Virus record (IMG/VR): IMGVR_UViG_3300042346_000126
Direction: 5' to 3' (one strand)
Length of the DNA stretch: 64,000 nucleotides
DNA from: an uncultured virus (IMG/VR IMGVR_UViG_3300042346_000126)
Taxonomy: Duplodnaviria; Heunggongvirae; Uroviricota; Caudoviricetes
Shown here: one piece after another, positions 32,270-42,199 of the stretch
Numbering within the stretch: position 1 is the stretch's first letter
Layout: each line of letters begins with the position of its first letter
The notes under the pieces: model-generated
Databases searched by the model: none
Seen by the model: the letters and a program-made list of their open reading frames with translations, nothing else
What the model was told of the DNA's origin: nothing
Program-made: the position numbers and the translations under genes

Positions 32270-35200
32270 TGAGTTGGAGCGATGCCCCGGAAGTTTCTAG
32301 TGAAACCCCTGCATGGGCATCTGCCCCTGAGGTAAATGCAGCCCCCGTCGAAGCAGCGCCAACCTCGCTATCTGATGTAGCCCTTACGGGGTTACAAAGC
32401 TTAGTGGGGTCGGGTAAATCAATGCTGCAAGGCTTTGGTGCAGAGGTTGCTCCCGCCGAATCGTTAGATGAACTGCAGAAGTGGCTGGGGTCGAAGATGA
32501 CCCCGGAGCGCCAAGCGGAGCTTAAACGTCAAGCGGAAGCGACCAAAGCCGCGGCCAAGTCGGGCAGCATAGGGCAGGAGATAGCTACTGCGGGTAAGAA
32601 TATTGCAGCGGCTCCGATACTCACGGCTACGCAAGGTATTGGTTCGTCCGTGCTTCCTGTTGTAGCGGGTCTGGGGGTTATGGCTCTTGGGGCGTCCTTA
32701 GGTGCTCCGGTAGCGCTGGCTACTGCAGTGGGTATTGGCGCTAAGTATGCGCTCGGTGCGCTGCAAGGCGCGGGGGAAGTTAAGGGTAGTATCTACGAGG
32801 AAGTTCAAAAAGAACTCGTAGCTAAAGGCGTACCCAAAGAAGCTGCTAAACAGCAAGCTCTAGCGTCCCAAGAATACTTGGGTAAGAATTGGGGCGGTAT
32901 TTTGGCTGCGGGGGGTATAGGTGCCGTTGCCGGAGGTACGGGCCTTGAGAAAAACCTAACAGGCTTGTTCGGCAAGAAAACCGCTGAAGAAATTGCCAAA
33001 GATACCGCGCGTAAGGCTGCTGCAGGTTATGGGACTCGCGTTGGGGCCGCTGCCCTTAAAGAAGCAGTGCCGGAGGCCATCCAAAGCGGGCATACCCGGC
33101 GCGCTACCAACATCGCATTGACGGAAGCGGGAGTACCTACGCCCACAATGCAAGGTGTCGCTGGCGAAGCAACTACCGGAGCCCTCTCGGGGGCTTTGGC
33201 TGCGGGGCCTGTTAGTGCTTATACAGAACGTGGAGGCCCTACCGCATCTGCAGCGTCAACTAAACCCACTGCGGGGCGTGCACCCACTGCCCCTAGATAT
33301 TCCGCAGCGTCACCCCCTGCCCCTGAAGCGGCGGTTGCTCCTGAAGCGGCGGTTGCTCCTGAAGCGGCGGTAACCCCTGAGGCGGCGGTACTACCTGAGG
33401 CGGCGGTACTACCTGAAGCGGCGGTACTACCTGAAGCGGCGGTAACCCCTGAGGCGGCGGTAACCCCTGAGGCGGCGGTACTACCTGAAGCGGCGGTAAC
33501 CCCTGAGGCGGCGGTACTACCTGAAGCGGCGGTAACCCCTGAGGCGGCGGTTGCCCCTGAAGTGGTAACTCCTGAGGTGACAAAACCTGTGGCCCCTACG
33601 ATCCCCGAGCCTACCCTGCGTCCTGCGCCTACGGTATATACGCCTGAGACGGCCCCAACGGTACTAGGCCCCGATACATTCAAGGCGTTAGGTATTGGCC
33701 CCACTGCAGTTATTCGTAAGGCCCCCATTGTGGGGTTGGATATCACTGATCCGGCTAATGCTGCGCAGATTAAACGCGATCTGGAGATGTACCGGGAAGG
33801 TCGAAGCGAAGGAATTCATGCTAAGATTGACCGCTATCTAGCCCGTCCTGAATTTAAAGCTGTACCTTCGGAGCCCGTCAATGTACAACCCCCAAGTATC
33901 CCAGTTTCTCCGGCTATCCAAGCCACTAAGCCCGGAGGAAGTCAGCCTAGCGTGGAAGTACCTGTTCAACCTGCCAAGCCAGCACCCGTTCAGCCCGCCG
34001 CAGCCGCGACCCCCGCGAAGCCTGCGGAAACTGTCGGACTCGGATTGGCACCTGCTGGACCTCCTACTAGCACAGGAACTGCGGCTAAAGGAACACCTCC
34101 CGCTGCACTGACTAAGGACGCGGCTATCTCGGAGCTACAGCAACGAGTTGACGACGCCGGTACAAAACTTACGGCCCGCAAAGAAGCCGCGGACACTATT
34201 GCGCTGCTGAACGATCCTACGGAGAACGAGACCCAAGAAGATAAAGCCGGTAACTTACGGTTAGCAGCCAAAGTATTAGGGCGCACGGCAGTCGAAACTC
34301 CGACTAAACCTGCAGAACCCGCAGAACCTGCGACAAAGCCAAAAGTTCCTGTAGGCGGGATGTTTGGCGCTTTGGTTAAACCCGGAACGCCCGATATTGC
34401 TCAAGAGGAAGCTCCTACAAAAGCTCCCAAGAAAGCCCCTAAGCAGGGGCGGGCGGTTGACTTTACTACTGAGGAAGCCAAGGCAGAGGCTAAGGCCGAA
34501 GCTGCTGCGGTAAAAGCCGCGCGGATTAGAGCCGATCAGGCTAAACGACAAGCGGCGGCACTAGCTAAGAAGTCGAAGAAACAGCAAGGGAAGGTACTGT
34601 TCGGAGCGCCAAAAGCCCCTCCTGCTAAACCCCAAGCTGCGCAAGACGCGGCAGATACGCTGGCTGCAATGGGCCGCACATTGCCTACCGAAGATACCCG
34701 TAGCTTACCGGAGCGCGTCAAAGATGCCGTGGCGGACTTTATGCCAAAGCGTAAGGGAACGGAAAGCTGGACTACTGCGTTTGTCAATATGGCGTCGGAC
34801 GCCCTTGATGCTAGTGAGCCGCTGATGCGGGCGGTTCGTGAGGAAGCCCGAGCTACCATGCCGGAAGGCGAAGCTACAGACCTGCTGATGCAGTTAAGCC
34901 AGTCTCAAGCATCCCATGCAAGCTCCTTGGCGGACTCCGCACTGCAGACAGGGGGACTTAAATACAACCCTGAGACGTACAAATTTCAAACTACAAAGTC
35001 TGAGGCCAATACAAACGCTATAAATGCTGAGTATGGCGCGATGATGCGGGAGTACGGGCTCACGTTGCCAGAAGCCCGGTACTACGCAAGCACTGCACTA
35101 GAGTCTAAGCGTATGGATGCCCTGTATAAGGTACGCGACAAGATGCGGGCAGATGCCGCTACGCTAGAAGCTACGGGTAAGAAAGATGGAGCCAAGAAAC

Positions 35201-37368
35201 TCCGGGATAAAGCAGAGGCGCTTGTGTTCCACATGGAGCCTGACCAAGTTAAAGAGGGCTTGAAGTTATTCCAGACAATGCCAGAGATTCAAAAGATTGA
35301 TGACATTAAGCAGGAGATGCGTAGCTGGATTCGGGACCTCTTGCAGAAGACGGGGGTCTGGTCCGAGGAGCACGGGCAGTGGATGCTGGACAACGCGGAA
35401 TGGGTTCCATTCAATCGTGAGTTTACGGATAAAGAAACCATTGCGTCGGGCTTTAACAAGTACGTAAAAGGCTTACAGGTAAAAGCTAAAGAGCAGGCCT
35501 TCAAAGGTTCCATGCGGGAAGTGCATGACGTGGTGGACAACTTCAGTAATTGGGCTGCGTACAGTGTGCGTAGCGCAATCGCTAACCAGAAAGCGCAAGA
35601 GCTTGCGCAAGCCTCCCTAGAATTCCTGCCTGATACGGAAGTCCGCCGTGTAGATACACCTGCAAAGGGTGCCTCAGATCGGACCATCTCGTATCTGGAG
35701 AACGGTACTACCAAGTATTTAGAGTTTGAGAGCGCGGCCAAAGCAGGTGTCTTCCGGGGCATGGAGTCTTTTGGGCGATCCACCCTGCCGTTTATTGGCG
35801 GTATGTTGGACTGGACGAACAATGTGTTCCGGGCTTCCATTACAAACTTTCCCCTGTTCCCGCTATACCAGCTTCCGATGGACGCCATTAGCGCGGTGTT
35901 TATATCCGGGCTAAAGCCAAAGTACGCCTTCAAAATTCCGTTAACTGCAGTCGCAGAAGCAGTACGTACTATGACGGGTGCGAGCCAAGCACGGGAGACG
36001 CTAAAAGAATACGGGGCGGTAGGCGTGAGCGACTATAACGCTATGCTTAATCGTACTAATGCGGAGGCTAATGCAGGGTTACAGAAGTTGTCTACATGGG
36101 CCAAGTATCAGAACCTCATGCAGAACATCAATATGGGGGCTGATAATGCCGTGCGTCAGGCGGTATACCTTGCTGCTAGGGATGCGGGGCTTACCGAAGC
36201 TGAAGCAGTTGAAAAAGCCTTTGAGATTATTAACTTCCGCACGCGGTTAGGCAGCGCAGGGCTAACGCAAGTAGCACGGAACATTGTGTTCTTCAACTCC
36301 TTTTTAGCGGCATCTCGGGCGGCATTGAAAGTAGTTAGCGGAGAGGGTATCTCCCCTGCCGATAGAGCCCAAGCTAAAAAATCACTGCTTAGTAATATGG
36401 CATGGCTGGCGGGGATATCGTTCCTAATGGCTGCGGCTAACGTAGGCGATGAAGATTACGAAAAAATGTCCCGTGTTGAGCAAGCTTCCAAGCTGACACT
36501 CCCCGGTATGCACGGGTGGGGCATCCCCATGCGGCCCGATATATTTACGTTGCCTAAGTTCTTTGCTGAAACATTGTTTCGCCAGTTTGCTAGCAAATAC
36601 TCAGACGACCCTGCAAAACTTAAGGCGACCGTTAAGGACGTAGTTCTTAACTCACTAATCTCTGGCCCCCTGCCGGCTCCGCAAGCACTTAAAGTTGGGG
36701 CTGAGCTTGCTACAAACTACAGTTTCTTTACCCAACGTCCTATTGTCGGACAGGGTTTGGCGAAACAAGAAAGCTACCTGCAGTCTTCTGCATCTACTAG
36801 TGAGGCTTCCAAGTTTATCGGGGAGACCTCTAAGCGGTTACTAGAGTCCGCAGGTATCGAGTCGCAAGGTATCTCCCCAATTAAGCTTGACTACTTCTTA
36901 CGCGGAATGCTGGGTATGTACGGCGGAGCCGTAATGTTAATGTCCAATAGCCTTGTAGGTAACAAGCCTTCGGAGTCCCTGCCAGATACGCTAGCCTCAG
37001 TACCCGGTATGAGCCGGATCGCGGTTAAAGAGTTTGACTCGCAGATCAAAAACGATTTTTACGATCTGGCTAAACGCGTAGATACTGCGGTTACTACACT
37101 GCGTAGACTGGAGGCCACCGGTAAAATTCCGGAAGCCCGTGCGTACCAAGAGAAGAACCTCAAACTCTTAAAATATCAAGAGTCCGTAAGCGACATACAA
37201 GATGCACTTGGCGAGGTTAGAGCCGCGATATCTCAAATTAGCGCATTGCCGGATGATAAAAAAGGCGGGCGTGAGAAAGAAATCCGTAGGCTGCGGATAG
37301 TGGAGCGTCAGTTTCTTCAGCGATATGAATCGCTTATCAAAGAGATGCGGACCAAAGCCTTAGGCTAG
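32269..37368 (+). CDS. large internal virion protein (LPD38-like C-terminus)
   Basis: 1699 aa, last structural gene; NYSFFTQRPIV, SPIKLDYFLRG. Confidence 0.7.
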   Translation: MSWSDAPEVSSETPAWASAPEVNAAPVEAAPTSLSDVALTGLQSLVGSGKSMLQGFGAEVAPAESLDELQKWLGSKMTPERQAELKRQAEATKAAAKSGSIGQEIATAGKNIAAAPILTATQGIGSSVLPVVAGLGVMALGASLGAPVALATAVGIGAKYALGALQGAGEVKGSIYEEVQKELVAKGVPKEAAKQQALASQEYLGKNWGGILAAGGIGAVAGGTGLEKNLTGLFGKKTAEEIAKDTARKAAAGYGTRVGAAALKEAVPEAIQSGHTRRATNIALTEAGVPTPTMQGVAGEATTGALSGALAAGPVSAYTERGGPTASAASTKPTAGRAPTAPRYSAASPPAPEAAVAPEAAVAPEAAVTPEAAVLPEAAVLPEAAVLPEAAVTPEAAVTPEAAVLPEAAVTPEAAVLPEAAVTPEAAVAPEVVTPEVTKPVAPTIPEPTLRPAPTVYTPETAPTVLGPDTFKALGIGPTAVIRKAPIVGLDITDPANAAQIKRDLEMYREGRSEGIHAKIDRYLARPEFKAVPSEPVNVQPPSIPVSPAIQATKPGGSQPSVEVPVQPAKPAPVQPAAAATPAKPAETVGLGLAPAGPPTSTGTAAKGTPPAALTKDAAISELQQRVDDAGTKLTARKEAADTIALLNDPTENETQEDKAGNLRLAAKVLGRTAVETPTKPAEPAEPATKPKVPVGGMFGALVKPGTPDIAQEEAPTKAPKKAPKQGRAVDFTTEEAKAEAKAEAAAVKAARIRADQAKRQAAALAKKSKKQQGKVLFGAPKAPPAKPQAAQDAADTLAAMGRTLPTEDTRSLPERVKDAVADFMPKRKGTESWTTAFVNMASDALDASEPLMRAVREEARATMPEGEATDLLMQLSQSQASHASSLADSALQTGGLKYNPETYKFQTTKSEANTNAINAEYGAMMREYGLTLPEARYYASTALESKRMDALYKVRDKMRADAATLEATGKKDGAKKLRDKAEALVFHMEPDQVKEGLKLFQTMPEIQKIDDIKQEMRSWIRDLLQKTGVWSEEHGQWMLDNAEWVPFNREFTDKETIASGFNKYVKGLQVKAKEQAFKGSMREVHDVVDNFSNWAAYSVRSAIANQKAQELAQASLEFLPDTEVRRVDTPAKGASDRTISYLENGTTKYLEFESAAKAGVFRGMESFGRSTLPFIGGMLDWTNNVFRASITNFPLFPLYQLPMDAISAVFISGLKPKYAFKIPLTAVAEAVRTMTGASQARETLKEYGAVGVSDYNAMLNRTNAEANAGLQKLSTWAKYQNLMQNINMGADNAVRQAVYLAARDAGLTEAEAVEKAFEIINFRTRLGSAGLTQVARNIVFFNSFLAASRAALKVVSGEGISPADRAQAKKSLLSNMAWLAGISFLMAAANVGDEDYEKMSRVEQASKLTLPGMHGWGIPMRPDIFTLPKFFAETLFRQFASKYSDDPAKLKATVKDVVLNSLISGPLPAPQALKVGAELATNYSFFTQRPIVGQGLAKQESYLQSSASTSEASKFIGETSKRLLESAGIESQGISPIKLDYFLRGMLGMYGGAVMLMSNSLVGNKPSESLPDTLASVPGMSRIAVKEFDSQIKNDFYDLAKRVDTAVTTLRRLEATGKIPEARAYQEKNLKLLKYQESVSDIQDALGEVRAAISQISALPDDKKGGREKEIRRLRIVERQFLQRYESLIKEMRTKALG
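33322..33555 (+). repeat. 18-bp coding VNTR, 13 x PEAAV(A/T/L)
   Basis: CCTGARGCGGCGGTWNNN tandem units. Confidence 0.95.
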
Positions 37369-37599
37369 TCGCCAGATACGCACACCGTAGTAGCCAAACT
37401 CTACGCGGTTGTGCGCTTTTAAAAGAATTCGGAAGTGGCGTTCCGCAGGCTTCAACAACTTGCGGACTTCACTCGCGGTTGCGGTAGTCTTAAGGAACAC
37501 CGAATACCCGGGAAGTAGACCCTCCCACGGTATGTAGTACGGCACTCCGTAGACATGGATGAACCGAACCGAATCAGGGATTAGATAGGGCCGCGCCAT
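37360..37599 (-). CDS. small hypothetical protein
   Basis: IPWEGLLPGYSVF...GVRIWRL; convergent overlap with the last structural gene. Confidence 0.65.
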   Translation of the reverse strand: MARPYLIPDSVRFIHVYGVPYYIPWEGLLPGYSVFLKTTATASEVRKLLKPAERHFRILLKAHNRVEFGYYGVRIWRLA

Positions 37600-40459
37600 T
37601 GTCTACTGCAAAAGTTGTATCGGTTAAGCCCACTGCTATACCGTCAATGCAATAACACCGGATTCCCATAGCGTCGAAACTTCCGATAGCCCCAGCGCCG
37701 ATCCGCTTTGTCATTGCAGCCCCGCCATTCTTGAGCACCTTGCGATCCGCAAGCTCTTTGATAGCCTGCTGGAAGTCCACCTGCCGGGACACAAAATAGT
37801 CCTTAAGCGCCGCCGCAGGTATCCACAACTCACGAGTATCCGGCTCATACCGAATGCGCAGTGGGCCGCGTGGAGATTGCGTAGGGGCGCTTAGGTTGCC
37901 CAAGGTACGAGCGCCGTTGATGACCAGTGCATTGTTCAGGTTCTCGTTAACGTAAGTAGTCAGCGTTTCCTGTGCAGCCAAGGTGTTGTCTGCTGCGGGT
38001 GCAATGATGTCGGCCCGGATGTCAGTAATGACGTGCAACGCATAGGTGTATACCCGAGAAATACTGATAGCACACAAGCCTAGCTTCACCGCAATGCTAA
38101 GCCCAGTAAAGGCGCAGGCCAACACGATAGAGTAGAACCGATCCGCTTGCGTAAGGCTCAAGTCATTGTCTATGCGGGACTGAATCTTCTTAAGCTGCGC
38201 AATAACCTTCTCCCGGTTCTGCATAACGTACTGAATGAATACAGGTCCCGCAACCCCGTAGTTATCTGCCAACGCTCCGAAGATAAGGTCTGACTCCTGT
38301 TTGCTGATATCTGCAGGGCGGCTAACCCGAAGCTCAATAAGCCTACGCAGTTCGCCGTCAGAGGTATTCTTGAGGCGGGTCAACTTGTCGTACAGCGACG
38401 AGTTACTGGACATAATCACGAAGGTCATCCATGATGTGTTGTTTACGCGCAACTTGTTTGTCTGTGACTCCATACGATTCTTACCCCGCCCCTGCGGGAT
38501 ATCGTAGATCAACTCAGACAGTTCCTCATCCCCGTAGTTGGTGACCTCATCCATAGTCGCAGCCATGCTGTTCAGCGTACCAAGCCATTGCATCTTGGAT
38601 ACCCCCGTGTCAGTCTTCTTCATCAACAATTCGCTGGGGTGCCCGAATATGGAATTGATGACCATCTGCGCGGTAGTCTTGCCGGTACCGGACTTATTAG
38701 ACATCAAGTTAATGGCCGCACCTCGCACCTCCATACCGCCAATGAGCCGCAGGAGCGGAGCCCCAAACCCAAAGGCAAGGGAGAGTGCATGGGCTTCCAT
38801 GCCCGGGCGGTCGTAGAAGTTGGCAATCGTAGACCACTTAGCCAGCGTACCCTTTGCCATCAACTTGGGGGCCATTGCTTTAGTCGCACTAGCTGCGGGG
38901 GCAAGACGTATCCCGTGCGCTGTGTACTCCAACTCACCAACAACGAAGCCACTGTCGTCCGGGGTCCAACCCATTTGGTTGCGGGTACGGTCAGATGCAA
39001 ACGACTTCTGCAAATTGCGAATCGACGCTGCGAGATAGGCCATGATGTTATCCAGTTCTTTGTTGATCGCTACTACCCCGTGCTTGAGTAGCAGGTCACG
39101 CATTTTTTCTTTGGTTAGTAAGTGGGCTACGGGGGCAATGAAACGGCGAATACCATCGTGCGGGGTATGCAGGTTCACACCTACAAGTTCCCCCTCGCCG
39201 TCCCCTTGCTCTGAGGAGTCGTAAAACCGTGAGGATAGATATAGGTCGTACTTGTAAATTTCTACTTCTATCGGATCGCCCGATTCCTTGTCTTTGCTCT
39301 TGAGGTAGACCCCACCATGTAACCCCCGAAAGTACGGAAATGGGTACGCTGGGATTTCTACTTGGACCTTTGTATCGGCCCCGATCTCTGCGTTGTCTGG
39401 GTTCAACTGCTGCTCAACGATGTACACATCATTGATGGCTTCCGCAGCTTCTACCTTGCGGCCCAACGCAATAGGGCTAGTAACTCGTTGGGTACAGCCC
39501 GCACAGCCCGCGCTGTAATTAGAACGGTACCACTCACAGGTCATAGGCCCCTGCGTGCCCTCGGCTTTTTGCAACGTGCCTTCCGCGGTATATCCGGGGT
39601 GCCCGCGAGACAAGGTATGAATAGAAGTCTCAGCGTCTGTACAGCGCCATGCGATAGACAGTGCGGCCCTCCACAAGGGCTCCTCCAAGGTAGCGCTGTT
39701 CTGCACCGCGTTGGATATCTGAGCGCAACCTGTGCCCCGCAAGCTGCGGCGTACGATCCGGGAGAATTCTGACGCAGGGTAGTCGCCCCCTGCAAGAGCG
39801 CGGGTCATGGCATCGACGCCCTCACCCTTAGCAGCAGACCAGTCAATCTCTTCCACTATCGGGGGCATAAGGGCTTTAAGCGTAGCCAGATCGCTGACTA
39901 CCCCCTCTACCATGAGCAAGACTGGCACTGCCGGGGTAACCTTGTGGTTAGCCGTATCCACCATGCGCAGAACCCGGGCAGGGTCCGCGGTCACGCTCAG
40001 GTCAATCGCCAGCTTGTGCTCTACACAAAGTTGTTTGAAAGCGCGGGCTAAGGGTTTCCACGTAGCCGTAGTAAGGACTTCATGGAACGGCCAGTAAACA
40101 TGCAACCCCCGGCCTGAGTTAACTATATAGGGGGTAGGTAGCCCTGTGGTAGCGATGAACGCCCGAAGTGCAGAAGCGCCTTCAGCCTGATCTTCGTAGG
40201 GCTTACCCTCGCCACAATCTATATCTACAAAAAGGCAGCGTAGTGCCTTCGCGTTTGCTGCCTTGCGGCCCTCTGCGGCATCGGTGTATGCAGCCAGAGC
40301 AAAGAATACGTTGGTGTCCTGTGCGTGTAACACATTGCCCCGGTCAACGAGGTCTTGGATGGTTGGGTGGAAACTAGGGACTACGGTCCCGTTTTTGATG
40401 CTTAAAGCACAGTACAAGCCTTCAGGAGGCAATACAGCATGATAGAAGGAAATATTCAC
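37574..40459 (-). CDS. primase-helicase (RepB/AEP-like primase + DUF927 helicase)
   Basis: FVDIDCG, SGRGLHVYW, RVLR; Walker A SGTGKTT; MDEVT. Confidence 0.85.
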   Translation of the reverse strand: MNISFYHAVLPPEGLYCALSIKNGTVVPSFHPTIQDLVDRGNVLHAQDTNVFFALAAYTDAAEGRKAANAKALRCLFVDIDCGEGKPYEDQAEGASALRAFIATTGLPTPYIVNSGRGLHVYWPFHEVLTTATWKPLARAFKQLCVEHKLAIDLSVTADPARVLRMVDTANHKVTPAVPVLLMVEGVVSDLATLKALMPPIVEEIDWSAAKGEGVDAMTRALAGGDYPASEFSRIVRRSLRGTGCAQISNAVQNSATLEEPLWRAALSIAWRCTDAETSIHTLSRGHPGYTAEGTLQKAEGTQGPMTCEWYRSNYSAGCAGCTQRVTSPIALGRKVEAAEAINDVYIVEQQLNPDNAEIGADTKVQVEIPAYPFPYFRGLHGGVYLKSKDKESGDPIEVEIYKYDLYLSSRFYDSSEQGDGEGELVGVNLHTPHDGIRRFIAPVAHLLTKEKMRDLLLKHGVVAINKELDNIMAYLAASIRNLQKSFASDRTRNQMGWTPDDSGFVVGELEYTAHGIRLAPAASATKAMAPKLMAKGTLAKWSTIANFYDRPGMEAHALSLAFGFGAPLLRLIGGMEVRGAAINLMSNKSGTGKTTAQMVINSIFGHPSELLMKKTDTGVSKMQWLGTLNSMAATMDEVTNYGDEELSELIYDIPQGRGKNRMESQTNKLRVNNTSWMTFVIMSSNSSLYDKLTRLKNTSDGELRRLIELRVSRPADISKQESDLIFGALADNYGVAGPVFIQYVMQNREKVIAQLKKIQSRIDNDLSLTQADRFYSIVLACAFTGLSIAVKLGLCAISISRVYTYALHVITDIRADIIAPAADNTLAAQETLTTYVNENLNNALVINGARTLGNLSAPTQSPRGPLRIRYEPDTRELWIPAAALKDYFVSRQVDFQQAIKELADRKVLKNGGAAMTKRIGAGAIGSFDAMGIRCYCIDGIAVGLTDTTFAVDNGAALSNP

Positions 40460-40558
40460 ACATCCTCACGGTCGGGATAAATTGGGTAAAAGGTGGGGCA
40501 GCGGCCCGTGTTCCGCTTTGTCGAGAAGGGATCAGCTTCTCCTAGCCCCGGGACGGGA

Positions 40559-40807
40559 TTATGCCTGTGCTTTAGGCGGACCCGTCATAAAACTATTTAT
40601 TTTCTCAATGAACTCTCCCCGGGGCCGAAAGGTTCCTGTGAACCACGAGTACACAGTCTGCCTAGTTACCCCTAGGGTACGTGCCACTGCGGCAACAGGA
40701 ATCTCATGATGCAGGCAGTAGTCGGCAAGCTGAACCCCCAAGAGGGCGGGGTCAGCCGCTTGGATCGCTTTCACAAGCGAATACGAATAACCCCGGGCAT
40801 CACTCAT
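40559..40807 (-). CDS. Cro/XRE-like HTH regulator
   Basis: VAAVARTLGVTRQTVYSWFTG. Confidence 0.8.
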   Translation of the reverse strand: MSDARGYSYSLVKAIQAADPALLGVQLADYCLHHEIPVAAVARTLGVTRQTVYSWFTGTFRPRGEFIEKINSFMTGPPKAQA

Positions 40808-41675
40808 CGTCAGAGCCCCACTCGTCCAACATAGCGCTCACATCCTTGGCAGGAGTCGCAACTACTTCCGGCTTCTTGGAAACCTTCTTAGGGGCTGCAG
40901 GCTCTGCTGCGGGTGCTTCAGCGGGCTTGTTGAAAGCTGCGGGGAGTGCGGCCAGTGCCGGGGTCTCCTTGATAACCATCTTGCTCTCGATAGCCTGTGC
41001 CGCATCCTCGGAGCCGCCTTGAGCGCGTGCAACTGTGAGTTCTTCCCGCGTCAACGGACGGATAGCGCGAAACTTCAGGACCGGAACTGCTTCAGATGTA
41101 TCGAACCGGGCTTCCGTAACCACGCCCGACATAGGAACACCGTGGCCTGACAGAAACTTAGCGTACGCTTGCAGGGGCATCTTGTCGCCTTCAGCGCGGC
41201 CAAACAAAGACTTGGCGGGGAGTTGCAAGCGATAGACGTTACCGCTCAAGTCCCCTTCAAGGGCCACTGCAAAACGCTGGCTAAAGCGGCACGCACGAGA
41301 TTCGCCCTGCCCAGAACCTGCGATGTTCTGTTTGCAGGTAGCGCAGGAAGAACCTTGCGGGGCCTTAACCGTGGCGTCCGGCATTTTGCCGTCAGCAGAG
41401 AAACAGGCAGGGCTGGTAGCTGCACCTTCTTCATAAACACCTTCGTAGTACGTACGGGCCACAGCGGGGGCTGCGTTGACCACTACCAGATTCATGGCGC
41501 GGTCCTCATTCTTGGCAATCTCTTCGCCGCCGACAATCATGCGCCACACACCGCCTTTGATGGAGATGGTCTTGCCTGTCGAGCCACCAGCAAGACGCTT
41601 GGTGAATTCATCGGGGTCAGCGCGAAGGTAGTCAGGAAGGGAAGCGCCGGATTTGAATAATGTGAGTTCAGACAT
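40800..41675 (-). CDS. probable ssDNA-binding protein
   Basis: CxSxDG, CxxCxxN..GS, RACR motifs; acidic tail DEWGSDDE. Confidence 0.55.
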   Translation of the reverse strand: MSELTLFKSGASLPDYLRADPDEFTKRLAGGSTGKTISIKGGVWRMIVGGEEIAKNEDRAMNLVVVNAAPAVARTYYEGVYEEGAATSPACFSADGKMPDATVKAPQGSSCATCKQNIAGSGQGESRACRFSQRFAVALEGDLSGNVYRLQLPAKSLFGRAEGDKMPLQAYAKFLSGHGVPMSGVVTEARFDTSEAVPVLKFRAIRPLTREELTVARAQGGSEDAAQAIESKMVIKETPALAALPAAFNKPAEAPAAEPAAPKKVSKKPEVVATPAKDVSAMLDEWGSDDE

Positions 41676-41738
41676 GGTATGTAACTAATATTAGTTGAGT
41701 TGGATTGACACGGGTAACACAGGGATGCACGGGTAGAT

Positions 41739-42146
41739 TTATTTGGTTGCTCTCCTTACGGTAACAGAATATTTGGCATCAACGTTGAGCCCTTCAGGCA
41801 TCAAGCCGGGGTTATCTTGCAGGAACTGCTTCATGTTAGTTTGCGCTACGCGGCGCTCCAAGAGGTCTACGGCATCGTGGGCACGAATGAAGGCGTGCAT
41901 AGCACTCCAGTCGCTAGTCCAGTAGCGGGTCTTCACCGTGCGGGTAAAAGAGCCGTGGGCAGTCTTGCCGCCATCTTGGCCGGTAGTCTTGCAGATGGTA
42001 AGCAGCTCCGCTTCTATAGCGTCCATCTGGGTCTCTAGGCCCGCTAAACGCGCCTCATGCTCCGCAACCATAGCAGTCTTGGCATCACGCATTTTGATAT
42101 ACACACGCACTAACTTATCGGCATCGTACTTAGTTTCGTCGGTCAT
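41739..42146 (-). CDS. hypothetical replication-module protein
   Basis: YIKMRD...DWSAMHAFI...LLERRV; AAGGA RBS. Confidence 0.75.
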   Translation of the reverse strand: MTDETKYDADKLVRVYIKMRDAKTAMVAEHEARLAGLETQMDAIEAELLTICKTTGQDGGKTAHGSFTRTVKTRYWTSDWSAMHAFIRAHDAVDLLERRVAQTNMKQFLQDNPGLMPEGLNVDAKYSVTVRRATK

Positions 42147-42171
42147 TTTGTTTCCTTGGTTGGGAGTCTTT

Positions 42172-42199
42172 ATTATACATAGTCTAGTCTGAGTGTCAA
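42172..42199 (-). promoter_or_regulatory. sigma70 promoter
   Basis: TTGACA-16 bp-TATAAT on the minus strand. Confidence 0.75.
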